Assembly: GCA_043813955.1 (NCBI GenBank) | Contig: JBDRKN010000020.1 | Span: forward strand, 685 to 64,684 | Direction of reading: 5' to 3' | DNA: 64,000 nt | Source: a bacterium | Lineage (GTDB): Bacteria; Patescibacteriota; Patescibacteriia; Patescibacteriales; Patescibacteriaceae | Part shown: positions 8,465 to 17,198 of the stretch, one piece after another | Layout: each line of letters starts with the position of its first letter | Position numbering within the stretch: the first letter of the stretch is position 1 | Made by a program: the position numbers and the translations under genes | Notes under the pieces: generated by a model | What the model was told of the DNA's origin: nothing | The model's input: only the letters and a program-made list of their open reading frames with translations | Databases searched by the model: none

Positions 8465-9937
8465 TTATTCAGTTTCTTCAACAGCTCCTAAAACCTGTAT
8501 AGGCTCGCCCTTGGTGTATAGCAAAAAAACCTTTGGTGAAATAGTAACAATATTTTCCCATTTATACCCCATGCTTTCAAATACTTCAGCAGATTTAATA
8601 GCCCTAAGCTGTCCTTGGTCAATCACATAAACGCCTGGAGCCTTGTCAATCTTAACAAGCTCGCCGTCATTAAATTTTATAGGCTCTACTGTCTGATATC
8701 TGGCTAGCTCATGCGGGCTTACAGGAATAATTTTGCGGCCTTTAAACTTTACTTCTAAAAATATGCGCTCTAAAATAGGGGCTTTAACTCCTTCTTCAAC
8801 CCAATAAACGCCTCCTGTCATATCATCCTGCAGCAAAGCGCCCATTGGATAAGCAGAATTTTCAGTAATTGGCTTGCTTTCTTCATATGAATTTATATCC
8901 TCCCATGAAGCATTCATAATCTCTTCTGGATTATATCCAATGCGCCTAAATGCTTCTATGTTTGTAAAGCCTCTGCGCTTGTTATCTACTAAGAGCCAAA
9001 GTTTTCCGTCTGGATCCTGAATAATTGAATACTGGGGAAATCTAATAGGAGCTCCTATTTCAAATTTTGATAAAACAGCTTTGTCTACTTGTATAATCTT
9101 TTTTAAATCAAACCTTGAGACAAGGGCGGCTTTTGACAGAAAAGGGCGTTTTTGATCATTTTGAATCAGCCAGACTCCTGCCTCGCCCTTGGCTTGTAGC
9201 AAAGATCCATTAGGATAGGTGGTTCTAAAATATCTGTTCCAGATTACCCAAAAATTATAATTGCCATTATATACATGGGGAGTATAGTTATACAAAGCGG
9301 CAGTAGCATTATTAGTTGGAGTAACAATTGATTCTGCCCTAACTGAGGTAGAATATGGATTAGTAAAATGATATGTTCTGTTAATTTTGTATTTATAATT
9401 CTGCGGATTATCCATATAATCCCTGAATTGGAGAGCAGCGCTGTTAACCTGCTTTCCAAAGCCTCTCCAGCGCGAATTACAGCCTCCGCCGTCAGGGCAG
9501 CCATAGCCCATGGCCCAGTCAAGCCTGCCTCTTTCTGGATTTCTATTATCAATCAAACCTTGTTCTTTCTGAAGCAAAACTAACAAAAACTTAGGATTTA
9601 TAGTCTTAAACGGCTGGCATTTAAATTTCTTTTCAGCAAAAGTAGGTCGAGAACTCAATTCAACGCCATCGCAGTTAAAGTTATTAACAGAAGCATTATA
9701 TATAATTTCTGCTGCGCTCTTTATTTCATAATTAGCGTCAAATGTCTTGTAATTTGCTAAATAGCTTGCTCTGTTTTCTAAAAAATCCTGTATATCTGAT
9801 ATGCTCATGGAATTATAGTCTAAAAGCTCATAGTCTGATATAAGAAAGCTTGGGTTAAAAGCTTGTCCTGCTTTAGCAGAATTAGCTGATAATAAAGTAA
9901 AAATTACACAAAAGGATAATATAAACGCTTTGCGCAT
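8465..9937 (-). CDS. Secreted hypothetical protein (signal peptide); possible cell-wall-associated protein
   Basis: N-terminal signal peptide (FTLLSANSAKA). Long ORF with uniform composition. No confident family assignment. Confidence 0.55.
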   Translation of the reverse strand: MRKAFILSFCVIFTLLSANSAKAGQAFNPSFLISDYELLDYNSMSISDIQDFLENRASYLANYKTFDANYEIKSAAEIIYNASVNNFNCDGVELSSRPTFAEKKFKCQPFKTINPKFLLVLLQKEQGLIDNRNPERGRLDWAMGYGCPDGGGCNSRWRGFGKQVNSAALQFRDYMDNPQNYKYKINRTYHFTNPYSTSVRAESIVTPTNNATAALYNYTPHVYNGNYNFWVIWNRYFRTTYPNGSLLQAKGEAGVWLIQNDQKRPFLSKAALVSRFDLKKIIQVDKAVLSKFEIGAPIRFPQYSIIQDPDGKLWLLVDNKRRGFTNIEAFRRIGYNPEEIMNASWEDINSYEESKPITENSAYPMGALLQDDMTGGVYWVEEGVKAPILERIFLEVKFKGRKIIPVSPHELARYQTVEPIKFNDGELVKIDKAPGVYVIDQGQLRAIKSAEVFESMGYKWENIVTISPKVFLLYTKGEPIQVLGAVEETE

Positions 9938-10093
9938 AAAATATGTTTAATTTGTTATATTATGATTATAGCACAAATTATAGAATAAGAAAGATGTACA
10001 AGTCCATGAACATAATTGACACAAAGCATTTGATATGATTTAATAATATATTATTTAATTAACTAATTTTGCACATTTACAAAGGATTTGAAA

Positions 10094-10633
10094 ATGGAAT
10101 TATCAGAAAGACAAAAAGGACTTCTTAATAAACGCATTATTAAGATATATGGAGAAATTGATGGACATATGGTTGATTATGTGCGTGAATGCCTTGAAAC
10201 ACTAATAATATCCGGCAGCCCCAAAATAACAGTTATATTCTCTAGCTATGGTGGAAACATTATTTCTGGTTTGGCTATCTATGATTTATTAATACTGTAT
10301 AAAGGCAAAATAATAGGAAGGGCTATCAACTTTTGCCATTCAACAGCTATTTTTTGTTTGCAGGCATGCGATGCAAAAGAGGCAAGCCGTCATTCCTCTC
10401 TGCTTGCGCATAATCTTTTGGGCAATAAAGTTAAGTTGGATCTTTTGCTTAATAAAAAAAGGCGGAAGAAGTATATCGCTAATTTAAAAAGACAGCAAAA
10501 ATTAATGAATGATATTTTCCTTAAAAAAACAAAGTTCAAAAATATAGAAGAACTGAAAAAATTTTTGGCTAAAAACAAAGTTATAACCGCCAAGAAAGCA
10601 AAAAAACTAGGTCTTATTGATAAAATTATTTAA
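10094..10633 (+). CDS. ClpP-like (S14 family) protease homologue, divergent
   Basis: Aligned by hand to E. coli ClpP (RIIKIYGEIDGHM..., SSYGGNIISGLAIYD). Ser (CHSTA) and His (LLAHNL) positions are kept; the Asp position appears to be Asn. AAGGA sits 7 nt before the ATG at 10094, and the listed TTG at 10088 has no spacing for an SD. Confidence 0.6.
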   Translation: MELSERQKGLLNKRIIKIYGEIDGHMVDYVRECLETLIISGSPKITVIFSSYGGNIISGLAIYDLLILYKGKIIGRAINFCHSTAIFCLQACDAKEASRHSSLLAHNLLGNKVKLDLLLNKKRRKKYIANLKRQQKLMNDIFLKKTKFKNIEELKKFLAKNKVITAKKAKKLGLIDKII

Positions 10634-10642
10634 GGAGGATTT

Positions 10643-10909
10643 ATGGATATATTAGAATTTGACATCCATGATGTCGGGGAAAAAGATATGAAAACGCTCT
10701 CTATGAAAGAGAGGGGTCAAGCGCCTGTCATTTTTACAAAGGCAAAAATTGACAATAGCAAAATCATGCCTGGCAATATTTTGGAGATTAGGACAGATGA
10801 TGGGATTAAGCCTTATTTAATTAAAAGCGTACATCGGGAGGCTAGCAAAAAAACTAACCAAGATATCAAAAAAGGCAAAGTTTTTGTTTCTGAGCTCAAG
10901 CCTCGTTAA
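10643..10909 (+). CDS. Hypothetical protein (88 aa), probably translationally coupled to the ClpP-like gene
   Basis: Strong SD (AAGGAGG) 5 nt upstream, 9 nt after the previous stop, followed by a terminator. Confidence 0.55.
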   Translation: MDILEFDIHDVGEKDMKTLSMKERGQAPVIFTKAKIDNSKIMPGNILEIRTDDGIKPYLIKSVHREASKKTNQDIKKGKVFVSELKPR

Positions 10910-10913
10910 TAAC

Positions 10914-10944
10914 AAAGCCGGTATTGCAATAGTACCGGCTTTTA
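10914..10944. terminator. Bidirectional intrinsic terminator
   Basis: AAAGCCGGTA-ttgcaatag-TACCGGCTTTT between convergent genes (10909 end, clpB 10959 end). Confidence 0.7.
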
Positions 10945-10958
10945 AAATATCCAAATCA

Positions 10959-13580
10959 TTATTTAACCGCAAGCAAAACCTTGTCTTTTTCCCCTATATT
11001 AATAGTTACATCATCTCCTGCTTTAATCTTGCCTTCAATGATTTCCATGGCTAATTCATCAAGAATCAAATCCTGAATCTTGCGCTTGAGCGGCCTGGCT
11101 CCAAAAGTCTGGTCATAGCCTTTGTCAGCAAGCATGGTTTTAACTTTTTTGCCAATCTTAATGCTTATTTCCTTATTTTTCAAACGTTTTTCCACTTTGA
11201 TTAATTCTAAATCAACAATTTTCATTAAATCCTGCTTATTTAAATTTCTAAAGATGACAATCTCATCTATGCGGTTTAAAAACTCTAATTTAAAATGCTG
11301 GCGCAGAATTTTATCAATCTTTTCCTTTACTTCATCATGGAATATTTGCTTAGTCTGCATCTCATCAGTTGTGTCATAAAACCCTATAGAATACTCCTTG
11401 ATTATTTCATTGCCTAAATTAGATGTCATGATAATAATAGTATTTTTAAAATTAACAGCTCTGCCCTTGGAATCAGTAAGCTGGCCGTCATCTAAAATCT
11501 GCAAAAGAATATTAAATATCTCTGGATGCGCTTTTTCAATTTCATCAAACAATATTACGCTGTAAGGTTTTCTCCTAATTCGCTCTGTAAGCTGGCCTCC
11601 GTCATCATAGCCAACATAGCCTGGGGGCGAACCGATTATCTTTGCCACGCTGTGCTTTTCCATAAATTCGCTCATGTCTAAGCGAATCAAGGCTGATTCG
11701 TCATTAAACATAAATCCTGCTAATACTTTAGCTAATTCAGTTTTGCCAACGCCAGTTGGCCCGACAAAGAAAAAGGATCCAATTGGCTTTTTTTCTTCAT
11801 TAATGCCTGCTCTGGAACGCCGTATAGCATTGGCTATGGCGCTAATAGCATTATCCTGTCCAATAATTTCTTTGCCAAGCTCCTGCTCAATGCGGGCAAG
11901 CTTTTTAATTTCTGATTCAAGCATCTTAGATACTGGGATGCCGGTCCATTTAGCAACTACTATGGCAATATCCTCATCAGTAACTTCTTCTTTTAACAGC
12001 TTTTGGCCCTTGCTCTGGATTTTGTTCAATTCTATTTCATTAGCCTTAATTTGTTTTTCCAGATCAGGTATCTTAGAGTAGCGAATCTCCGCTACCTTGG
12101 TTAAATCATCTCCAGAACGCTGGATTATATCTGCCTCAGCTTTAAATTTGTCAATTTCTTTTTTAGCATTCCTGATTTTTGAAATAATATCTTTTTCATT
12201 CTGCCAATGCAGTTCTAATTGATGAACCTCTTCTTTTATTTTGCCTAATTTTTGATCAATATTGCGCAATTTAACTCCTCCTTCTTTAGCTAAGCCAGCT
12301 TTGGCAATCTCTAGTCTTCTTAATTCATTTTTTAGATTATCAAGTTCTTCAGGAGAGGAATCAATTTCCATGCGCAAAGCAGAGGTTGCTTCATCCATTA
12401 AATCAACTGACTTGTCAGGAAGGAAACGGTCTGAAATATATCTATGCGATAATTTAACAGCAGCTACTAAAGCAGAATCAGTAATCTGTACGCCATGATG
12501 CACTTCGTACTTTTCTTTAATGCCACGCATGATTTCAATAGCATCTTCAACTGTTGGCTCATCAACGTGAATTGGCTGAAAGCGCCTTTCAAGAGCAGAA
12601 TCCTTTTCAATATATTTTTGGTATTCTTTTGTAGTAGTAGCGCCAATAGTAATTATCTCGCCCCTTGCTAGCGCGGGTTTAAGCATATTAGAGGCGTCCA
12701 TAGCGCCCTCAGAGGCTCCTGTGCCTACAATAGTATGCAATTCGTCTATAAATAGGATAATCTTGCCGTCCTGGGATTTAATTTCCTTAAGCACTGCCTT
12801 AAGCCTGTCTTCAAACTCGCCCCTAAACTTAGCCCCGGCTATTAAAGCGCCTAAATCCAAGCTCACAAGCCTTTTATTATATAGGGTTTCAGGTATGTTA
12901 TTTTCTGCAATACGCTGCGCCAAGCCTTCAACAATAGCAGTCTTGCCTGTACCAGCCTCGCCAATTAATACAGGGTTGTTTTTCCTTCGCCTGGACAATA
13001 CTTGCATAATTCGCTTGATTTCATTATCTCTTCCAATAACTGGATCTAGCTTTCCTTTCTTGGCTAAATCAGTAAGGTCATTAGTATATCTTTCCAAAGC
13101 GCGAAATCTGTTTTCAGGGCTCTGGCTGTCTATTTTCTCATTGCCTCGAAGGTCTTTTAAGATAACAATGGTCTGGTCATAATCAAGGCCTAAATGAAAA
13201 AGAATCTGCTGAGCTTTTGACCTTGTTCTAACAATGGATAAAAATAGATGCTCTGCGGAAATAAATTCGTCTTTCATTGTCACAGATTCGCGATTAGCCT
13301 GCTCAATCACATTAGCCATCTCGGCTGTTCCCTGAACCATGCCAACAGATACTTCTACCTGCACCTTTGGAAGTTTTTCAATCTCTAATTCTGCCTTGTT
13401 TCTAACCAAATCAGGATTTATCTTAAATCTTTCTAAAATAGTTCTAACCATGCTCTCTGGCTGTTCAATCAAAGCCACCATTAAGTGCAGGGCATTAATA
13501 TGCTGCTGCCCAAATTCTTGCGCAATAATCTGCGCGTTTATTATTGCTTCTTGAGATTTATGAGTAAATTTGTCTAACAT
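10959..13580 (-). CDS. clpB: ATP-dependent chaperone ClpB
   Basis: 873 aa with a Clp_N domain, two AAA+ modules (GEAGTGKT, GPTGVGKT) and the long coiled-coil middle domain characteristic of ClpB. Confidence 0.95.
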   Translation of the reverse strand: MLDKFTHKSQEAIINAQIIAQEFGQQHINALHLMVALIEQPESMVRTILERFKINPDLVRNKAELEIEKLPKVQVEVSVGMVQGTAEMANVIEQANRESVTMKDEFISAEHLFLSIVRTRSKAQQILFHLGLDYDQTIVILKDLRGNEKIDSQSPENRFRALERYTNDLTDLAKKGKLDPVIGRDNEIKRIMQVLSRRRKNNPVLIGEAGTGKTAIVEGLAQRIAENNIPETLYNKRLVSLDLGALIAGAKFRGEFEDRLKAVLKEIKSQDGKIILFIDELHTIVGTGASEGAMDASNMLKPALARGEIITIGATTTKEYQKYIEKDSALERRFQPIHVDEPTVEDAIEIMRGIKEKYEVHHGVQITDSALVAAVKLSHRYISDRFLPDKSVDLMDEATSALRMEIDSSPEELDNLKNELRRLEIAKAGLAKEGGVKLRNIDQKLGKIKEEVHQLELHWQNEKDIISKIRNAKKEIDKFKAEADIIQRSGDDLTKVAEIRYSKIPDLEKQIKANEIELNKIQSKGQKLLKEEVTDEDIAIVVAKWTGIPVSKMLESEIKKLARIEQELGKEIIGQDNAISAIANAIRRSRAGINEEKKPIGSFFFVGPTGVGKTELAKVLAGFMFNDESALIRLDMSEFMEKHSVAKIIGSPPGYVGYDDGGQLTERIRRKPYSVILFDEIEKAHPEIFNILLQILDDGQLTDSKGRAVNFKNTIIIMTSNLGNEIIKEYSIGFYDTTDEMQTKQIFHDEVKEKIDKILRQHFKLEFLNRIDEIVIFRNLNKQDLMKIVDLELIKVEKRLKNKEISIKIGKKVKTMLADKGYDQTFGARPLKRKIQDLILDELAMEIIEGKIKAGDDVTINIGEKDKVLLAVK

Positions 13581-13616
13581 AGTAGAATAATAGTATAATA
13601 GAAAACTGATGTCAAT

Positions 13617-13649
13617 AAAAAAAACCCCTTCTTTGCAAGAAGAAGGGGG
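13617..13649 (-). terminator. Orphan intrinsic terminator on the minus strand just upstream of the clpB promoter
   Basis: On the minus strand: CCCCTTCTT-cttgca-AAGAAGGGG (9-bp stem) followed by T8. It directly abuts TTGACA-17-TATTAT, whose -10 ends 6 nt before the clpB ATG. Confidence 0.55.
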
Positions 13650-13926
13650 TACTTGCGCTATTTATTAGCATTGTTTTTAAGAGTAATATTATTGTAAACA
13701 CTAATAAACAAAATTATATGCTCTTTTTTATTGAATGTCTTTAAAAAAACAGATATCAATGCTAATAGGGCAAGATTTTAATTTAAAAGGAGCTTATCAT
13801 GGTATTTGATAACTTACCATATAATAATTTTTTTGTCAATATTTAAATATTCCTTTAATATTAGCTAAAAATCAAAATAAGCATATAGTTGCTAAATTAA
13901 ATCAAATAAACTATAATTAAGTTAAT

Positions 13927-15096
13927 ATGACTGAAAATACAGTAAAAATCCTTGATATTAAAATATCCACCCTGGATAATCAGAAAATAAGGAATCAGGT
14001 ATATAAATATTTAAAGGGCAGGCAGCGGCATCAGATTGTTACGCCTAACCCAGAATTTCTATTATCCTCGCTAAAGGATGATGAATTTTATTATATTTTA
14101 AACAATGCCAGCCTATCAGTGCCTGACGGCATTGGCCTTAAATTTGCTTCATGGCTAAATGGAGGGAATATAAAGAGAATGGCTGGTTCTGACTTAATGC
14201 AGGATATATTAGCTTATGCGCATAGTGATAACATGCCTGTGGCTGTCCTTAATTGGTCAAAAGGATTGTCTAGCAATCAGGAAATCTCTAATGCAATTAA
14301 GAATAAATATCCAAAAATAAAATTATTAATACAGAGCGCTGAACGTGATAAAGATATTGATTTGGACAAAATAAAGAAATTTGCTCCAGCTGTTCTTTTA
14401 TGCAGCTTAGGAGCTCCATATCAGGATAAGGTAATTTTTAAGCTCTTGCCTCAATTGCCTTCAGCAAGGCTTGGGATGGGAATAGGAGGAAGCTTTGACT
14501 TTATGACAGGCAAACTTAGAAGAGCGCCTGTTTTAATGCGCTCCTTAGGCTTAGAATGGATTTGGCGCTTGATTTTGCAGCCAAGGAAAAGATTTAAGCG
14601 CATATATAATGCCTTTATTATCTTCTCATGGACTGTGTTCAAAGTTAAATATATTAACAGATTTTTTTATAGAAAAAATGTGATTGGATTTTTATTTAAA
14701 GACAAACAAGTTTTGATTTTAAATTCTAATAAAGTAGACGAAGATTACTGGGGACTTCCGCAAGGCGGGATAGATAAGGGGGAAAGCGAAATTAATACTA
14801 TTAAGAGGGAAATAAAAGAAGAGACTAATACTGATAATTTTAAAATCTTAAAACAGTATAATAATATATATAAATATGACTGGCCTAAAAATTATGGTAT
14901 AATGGGATATAGGGGGCAGAAGCAAACTCTGTTTATTTTAAAATATTTTGGAAAAAAAGATGATATTAAAATATCTTTAGAGCATAAGGACTTTCGCTGG
15001 GTAGATATTAACAAGCTCATAGACGAAGCTGACCCTATTCACAGGGGATCGTACGAACTCTTTGTTCAAAAATATTATAATAATAAATATGTTTAA
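13927..15096 (+). CDS. Fusion protein: WecB/TagA/CpsF-family (GT26) glycosyltransferase + C-terminal Nudix hydrolase
   Basis: The N-terminal ~245 aa carry GT26 motifs (QIVTPNPEF, LSVPDGIGL, LGAPYQDK, GMGIGGSFDF). The C-terminus carries a Nudix box, GGIDKGESEINTIKREIKEETN. Confidence 0.75.
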   Translation: MTENTVKILDIKISTLDNQKIRNQVYKYLKGRQRHQIVTPNPEFLLSSLKDDEFYYILNNASLSVPDGIGLKFASWLNGGNIKRMAGSDLMQDILAYAHSDNMPVAVLNWSKGLSSNQEISNAIKNKYPKIKLLIQSAERDKDIDLDKIKKFAPAVLLCSLGAPYQDKVIFKLLPQLPSARLGMGIGGSFDFMTGKLRRAPVLMRSLGLEWIWRLILQPRKRFKRIYNAFIIFSWTVFKVKYINRFFYRKNVIGFLFKDKQVLILNSNKVDEDYWGLPQGGIDKGESEINTIKREIKEETNTDNFKILKQYNNIYKYDWPKNYGIMGYRGQKQTLFILKYFGKKDDIKISLEHKDFRWVDINKLIDEADPIHRGSYELFVQKYYNNKYV

Positions 15097-15265
15097 AATT
15101 AAAAAATGGCTCTACTTGCTTAATGATGCTACTAATGCAATGTTAGACAAGGACAAAGAAAAAAATCGCAAATCAATTTCCAAGCTTAAAACATGGATAT
15201 TTGTAATAATCATTCTCTTGGCAATTTCTGCGATTTTTAATTTATATCAATATTTTATAAAATAA
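15089..15265 (+). CDS. Small membrane protein (58 aa from the ATG at 15089), hypothetical
   Basis: The ATG overlaps the end of the upstream gene by 8 nt. One C-terminal TM helix (WIFVIIILLAISAIF). Weak support. Confidence 0.3.
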   Translation: MFKIKKWLYLLNDATNAMLDKDKEKNRKSISKLKTWIFVIIILLAISAIFNLYQYFIK

Positions 15266-15267
15266 AT

Positions 15268-16731
15268 ATGGATGAGATTAGACTCAGGCTGGCGCCCAGC
15301 CCAACCGGATTTTTGCATATTGGCAATCTTCGCACTGCCTTGTTTGGCTATTTGTTATCCAAGAATATGCAAGGAAAGTTTATTCTCCGCATTGAGGATA
15401 CTGATCAAAAACGCGAAGTAAAGGGAGCTGTTGACAGCTTGATTAAAGTTCTTGACTGGGCTGGCATTAAATTTGACGAAGGGCCTCATATTAAAGGAGA
15501 TTACGGACCTTATGTACAGAGTGAGAGAATGGATATTTACAAACAACATGCTGAAAAATTATTAAAAAACAAGCATGCGTATCGCTGTTTCTGCAGTACA
15601 GAGAGATTGGAAAAAATAAGAACAGAGCAGACATCTAAAAAACAAGCTCAGCGATATGACAGAACATGCCGCAATTTATCTGAAGATGAAGTTAAATCTA
15701 AGATAAGCAATAATGAGCCTTTTGTTATAAGGCAAAAGATGCCAGAAACAGGGGATATAGTAGTTTATGATGAACTGCGAGGCAATATTAAATTCAAGGC
15801 AAGCGAATTAGAAGACCATATCTTAGTTAAATCAGATAATATGCCAACCTATCAATTAGCTAATGTTGTTGACGATCATTTAATGAAGATATCGCATATA
15901 ACCAGGGGAGAGGAATGGATTCCTTCAGCTCCAAAAAACCTTTTGCTTTATAAATCTTTTAACTGGGATATTCCTAAATTTATACATTTGCCCTTAATTT
16001 TAAACAAAGAGGGTGGCAAGCTAAGCAAGAGACAAAGTGATGTCTTTGTAGAGGACTTTAAACAGCTTGGCTATCTGCCGCAAGCTTTGATTAATTCTTG
16101 CGCGCTATTAGGCTGGCATCCAAAAGGTGATAATGAAATATTTAGCTTAGAAGAGCTAGAAAAAGAATTTAATATTGAGGGAATGGGATCTAGTTCTGCT
16201 GTATTTGATTTGGAAAAATTAAATTATTTTAATGGTTATTATATTAGAAAAATGGATTTAGACAAGCTGGTTGAAATAAGCAAGCCATATTTTGAAGAAA
16301 ATCTTAAATCAGCAAGTTTAGAGCAGAAGGGTGATGATTATCTTAAGAGCGTTATGAAACTAGAGCAGGATAGGCTGAAAAAGCTTTCAGATATTACAGA
16401 AAGGACAAAACTATTCTTTGTTCAAAATTTAGATTATGAGCCAGAATTGCTTGTCTGGAAAAAATCAAACAAACAAGCAACAAAAGACAATCTTGAACAA
16501 ACATTAAATCAATTAGAAAAAATCTCTGATAAGGACTGGAATCAGAATACTTTGGAGCAAATAATGATGAGTTATATTGAATCTAAGCCAGCAGGAGTAG
16601 GTGATTTTCTCTGGCCAATGCGCGTAGCCCTGACAGGGGAGAAGAATAGTCCAGGACCGTTTGAGGTAGCTGAAGTGCTGGGTAAAAAAATAAGTTTAGA
16701 GAGAATAAAACAAGCTATTGACAAACTTTAA
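15268..16731 (+). CDS. gltX: Glutamate--tRNA ligase
   Basis: Class I motifs HIGN (HIGH) and KLSKR (KMSKS); full-length GluRS similarity. Confidence 0.95.
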   Translation: MDEIRLRLAPSPTGFLHIGNLRTALFGYLLSKNMQGKFILRIEDTDQKREVKGAVDSLIKVLDWAGIKFDEGPHIKGDYGPYVQSERMDIYKQHAEKLLKNKHAYRCFCSTERLEKIRTEQTSKKQAQRYDRTCRNLSEDEVKSKISNNEPFVIRQKMPETGDIVVYDELRGNIKFKASELEDHILVKSDNMPTYQLANVVDDHLMKISHITRGEEWIPSAPKNLLLYKSFNWDIPKFIHLPLILNKEGGKLSKRQSDVFVEDFKQLGYLPQALINSCALLGWHPKGDNEIFSLEELEKEFNIEGMGSSSAVFDLEKLNYFNGYYIRKMDLDKLVEISKPYFEENLKSASLEQKGDDYLKSVMKLEQDRLKKLSDITERTKLFFVQNLDYEPELLVWKKSNKQATKDNLEQTLNQLEKISDKDWNQNTLEQIMMSYIESKPAGVGDFLWPMRVALTGEKNSPGPFEVAEVLGKKISLERIKQAIDKL

Positions 16732-16791
16732 TTTTTATGTTAAACAAAAGAATAGATAATTAATTTGTTCTTTTTTTTATTGAGGTGAAAA

Positions 16792-17130
16792 GTGAATGAA
16801 AACAGTAAAAACAGAGATATTGATGAAATCCTAAGGGAAAAAATTTCTTTTAATCCAATTCCTGAAACAAAAAAATCCAAAGACCCTCTTGAAGATATAG
16901 AGGACGGTTTTTATGAAAAAACAAGGAGCGGTTATTTTGACAAGCAATATAAGAGAAGAAAAGGTCTGGAAAAAAGAAAAGATAAGAGGACACCTGATAT
17001 GAGAGAAAAATCTCACTCAGGTAAAATAAGAAAGATTTCTTCAAAGTCAAATCGTTTAACTAAGGCCGGAAAGAAAAGATTAAAGAGGTTTAATAAAGGA
17101 ACCTCTAAAAAAACCTCTAGAAGGCATTGA
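16792..17130 (+). CDS. Highly basic Lys/Arg-rich hypothetical protein (112 aa, GTG start)
   Basis: GAGGTG SD 4 nt upstream of the GTG, followed by a terminator. No family recognised. Confidence 0.45.
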   Translation: MNENSKNRDIDEILREKISFNPIPETKKSKDPLEDIEDGFYEKTRSGYFDKQYKRRKGLEKRKDKRTPDMREKSHSGKIRKISSKSNRLTKAGKKRLKRFNKGTSKKTSRRH

Positions 17131-17140
17131 TAATCAACCA

Positions 17141-17171
17141 AGCGCTATCCTTTGCAAGATAGCGCTTTTTT
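17141..17171 (+). terminator. Intrinsic terminator
   Basis: AGCGCTATC-ctttgcaa-GATAGCGCT followed by T5. Confidence 0.7.
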
Positions 17172-17198
17172 AGTATAATATAGTTATATCTTTAATAT

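Noticed and set aside
11122-13554. Plus-strand ORFs inside clpB (11122..11379, 11674..12081, 12262..12498, 12721..13182, 13339..13554). Similar antisense or embedded ORFs occur inside lysS, serS, alaS, fmt, def, rpsD (34613..34822), rpsI, the DUF4012 gene, typA and others
   Set aside because: They lie antisense to or overlap genes with strong homology support. They have low-complexity, Ser/Leu/Ile-rich translations typical of the antisense frame, and they lack start signals.
13663-13767. CIRCE-like heat-shock operator (TTAGCA...TGCTAA) upstream of clpB
   Set aside because: The half-sites are ~85 nt apart instead of 9 nt and match only the outer 6 nt of the CIRCE consensus. They are better explained as a long-range stem in a putative small RNA.
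13799-13846. 15-codon mini-ORF (MVFDNLPYNNFFVNI) with an AAGGAG SD upstream of the GT26-Nudix gene
   Set aside because: It is too short to support without conservation data. It overlaps the candidate minus-strand sRNA region. It could be a leader peptide, but there is no accompanying attenuator structure.
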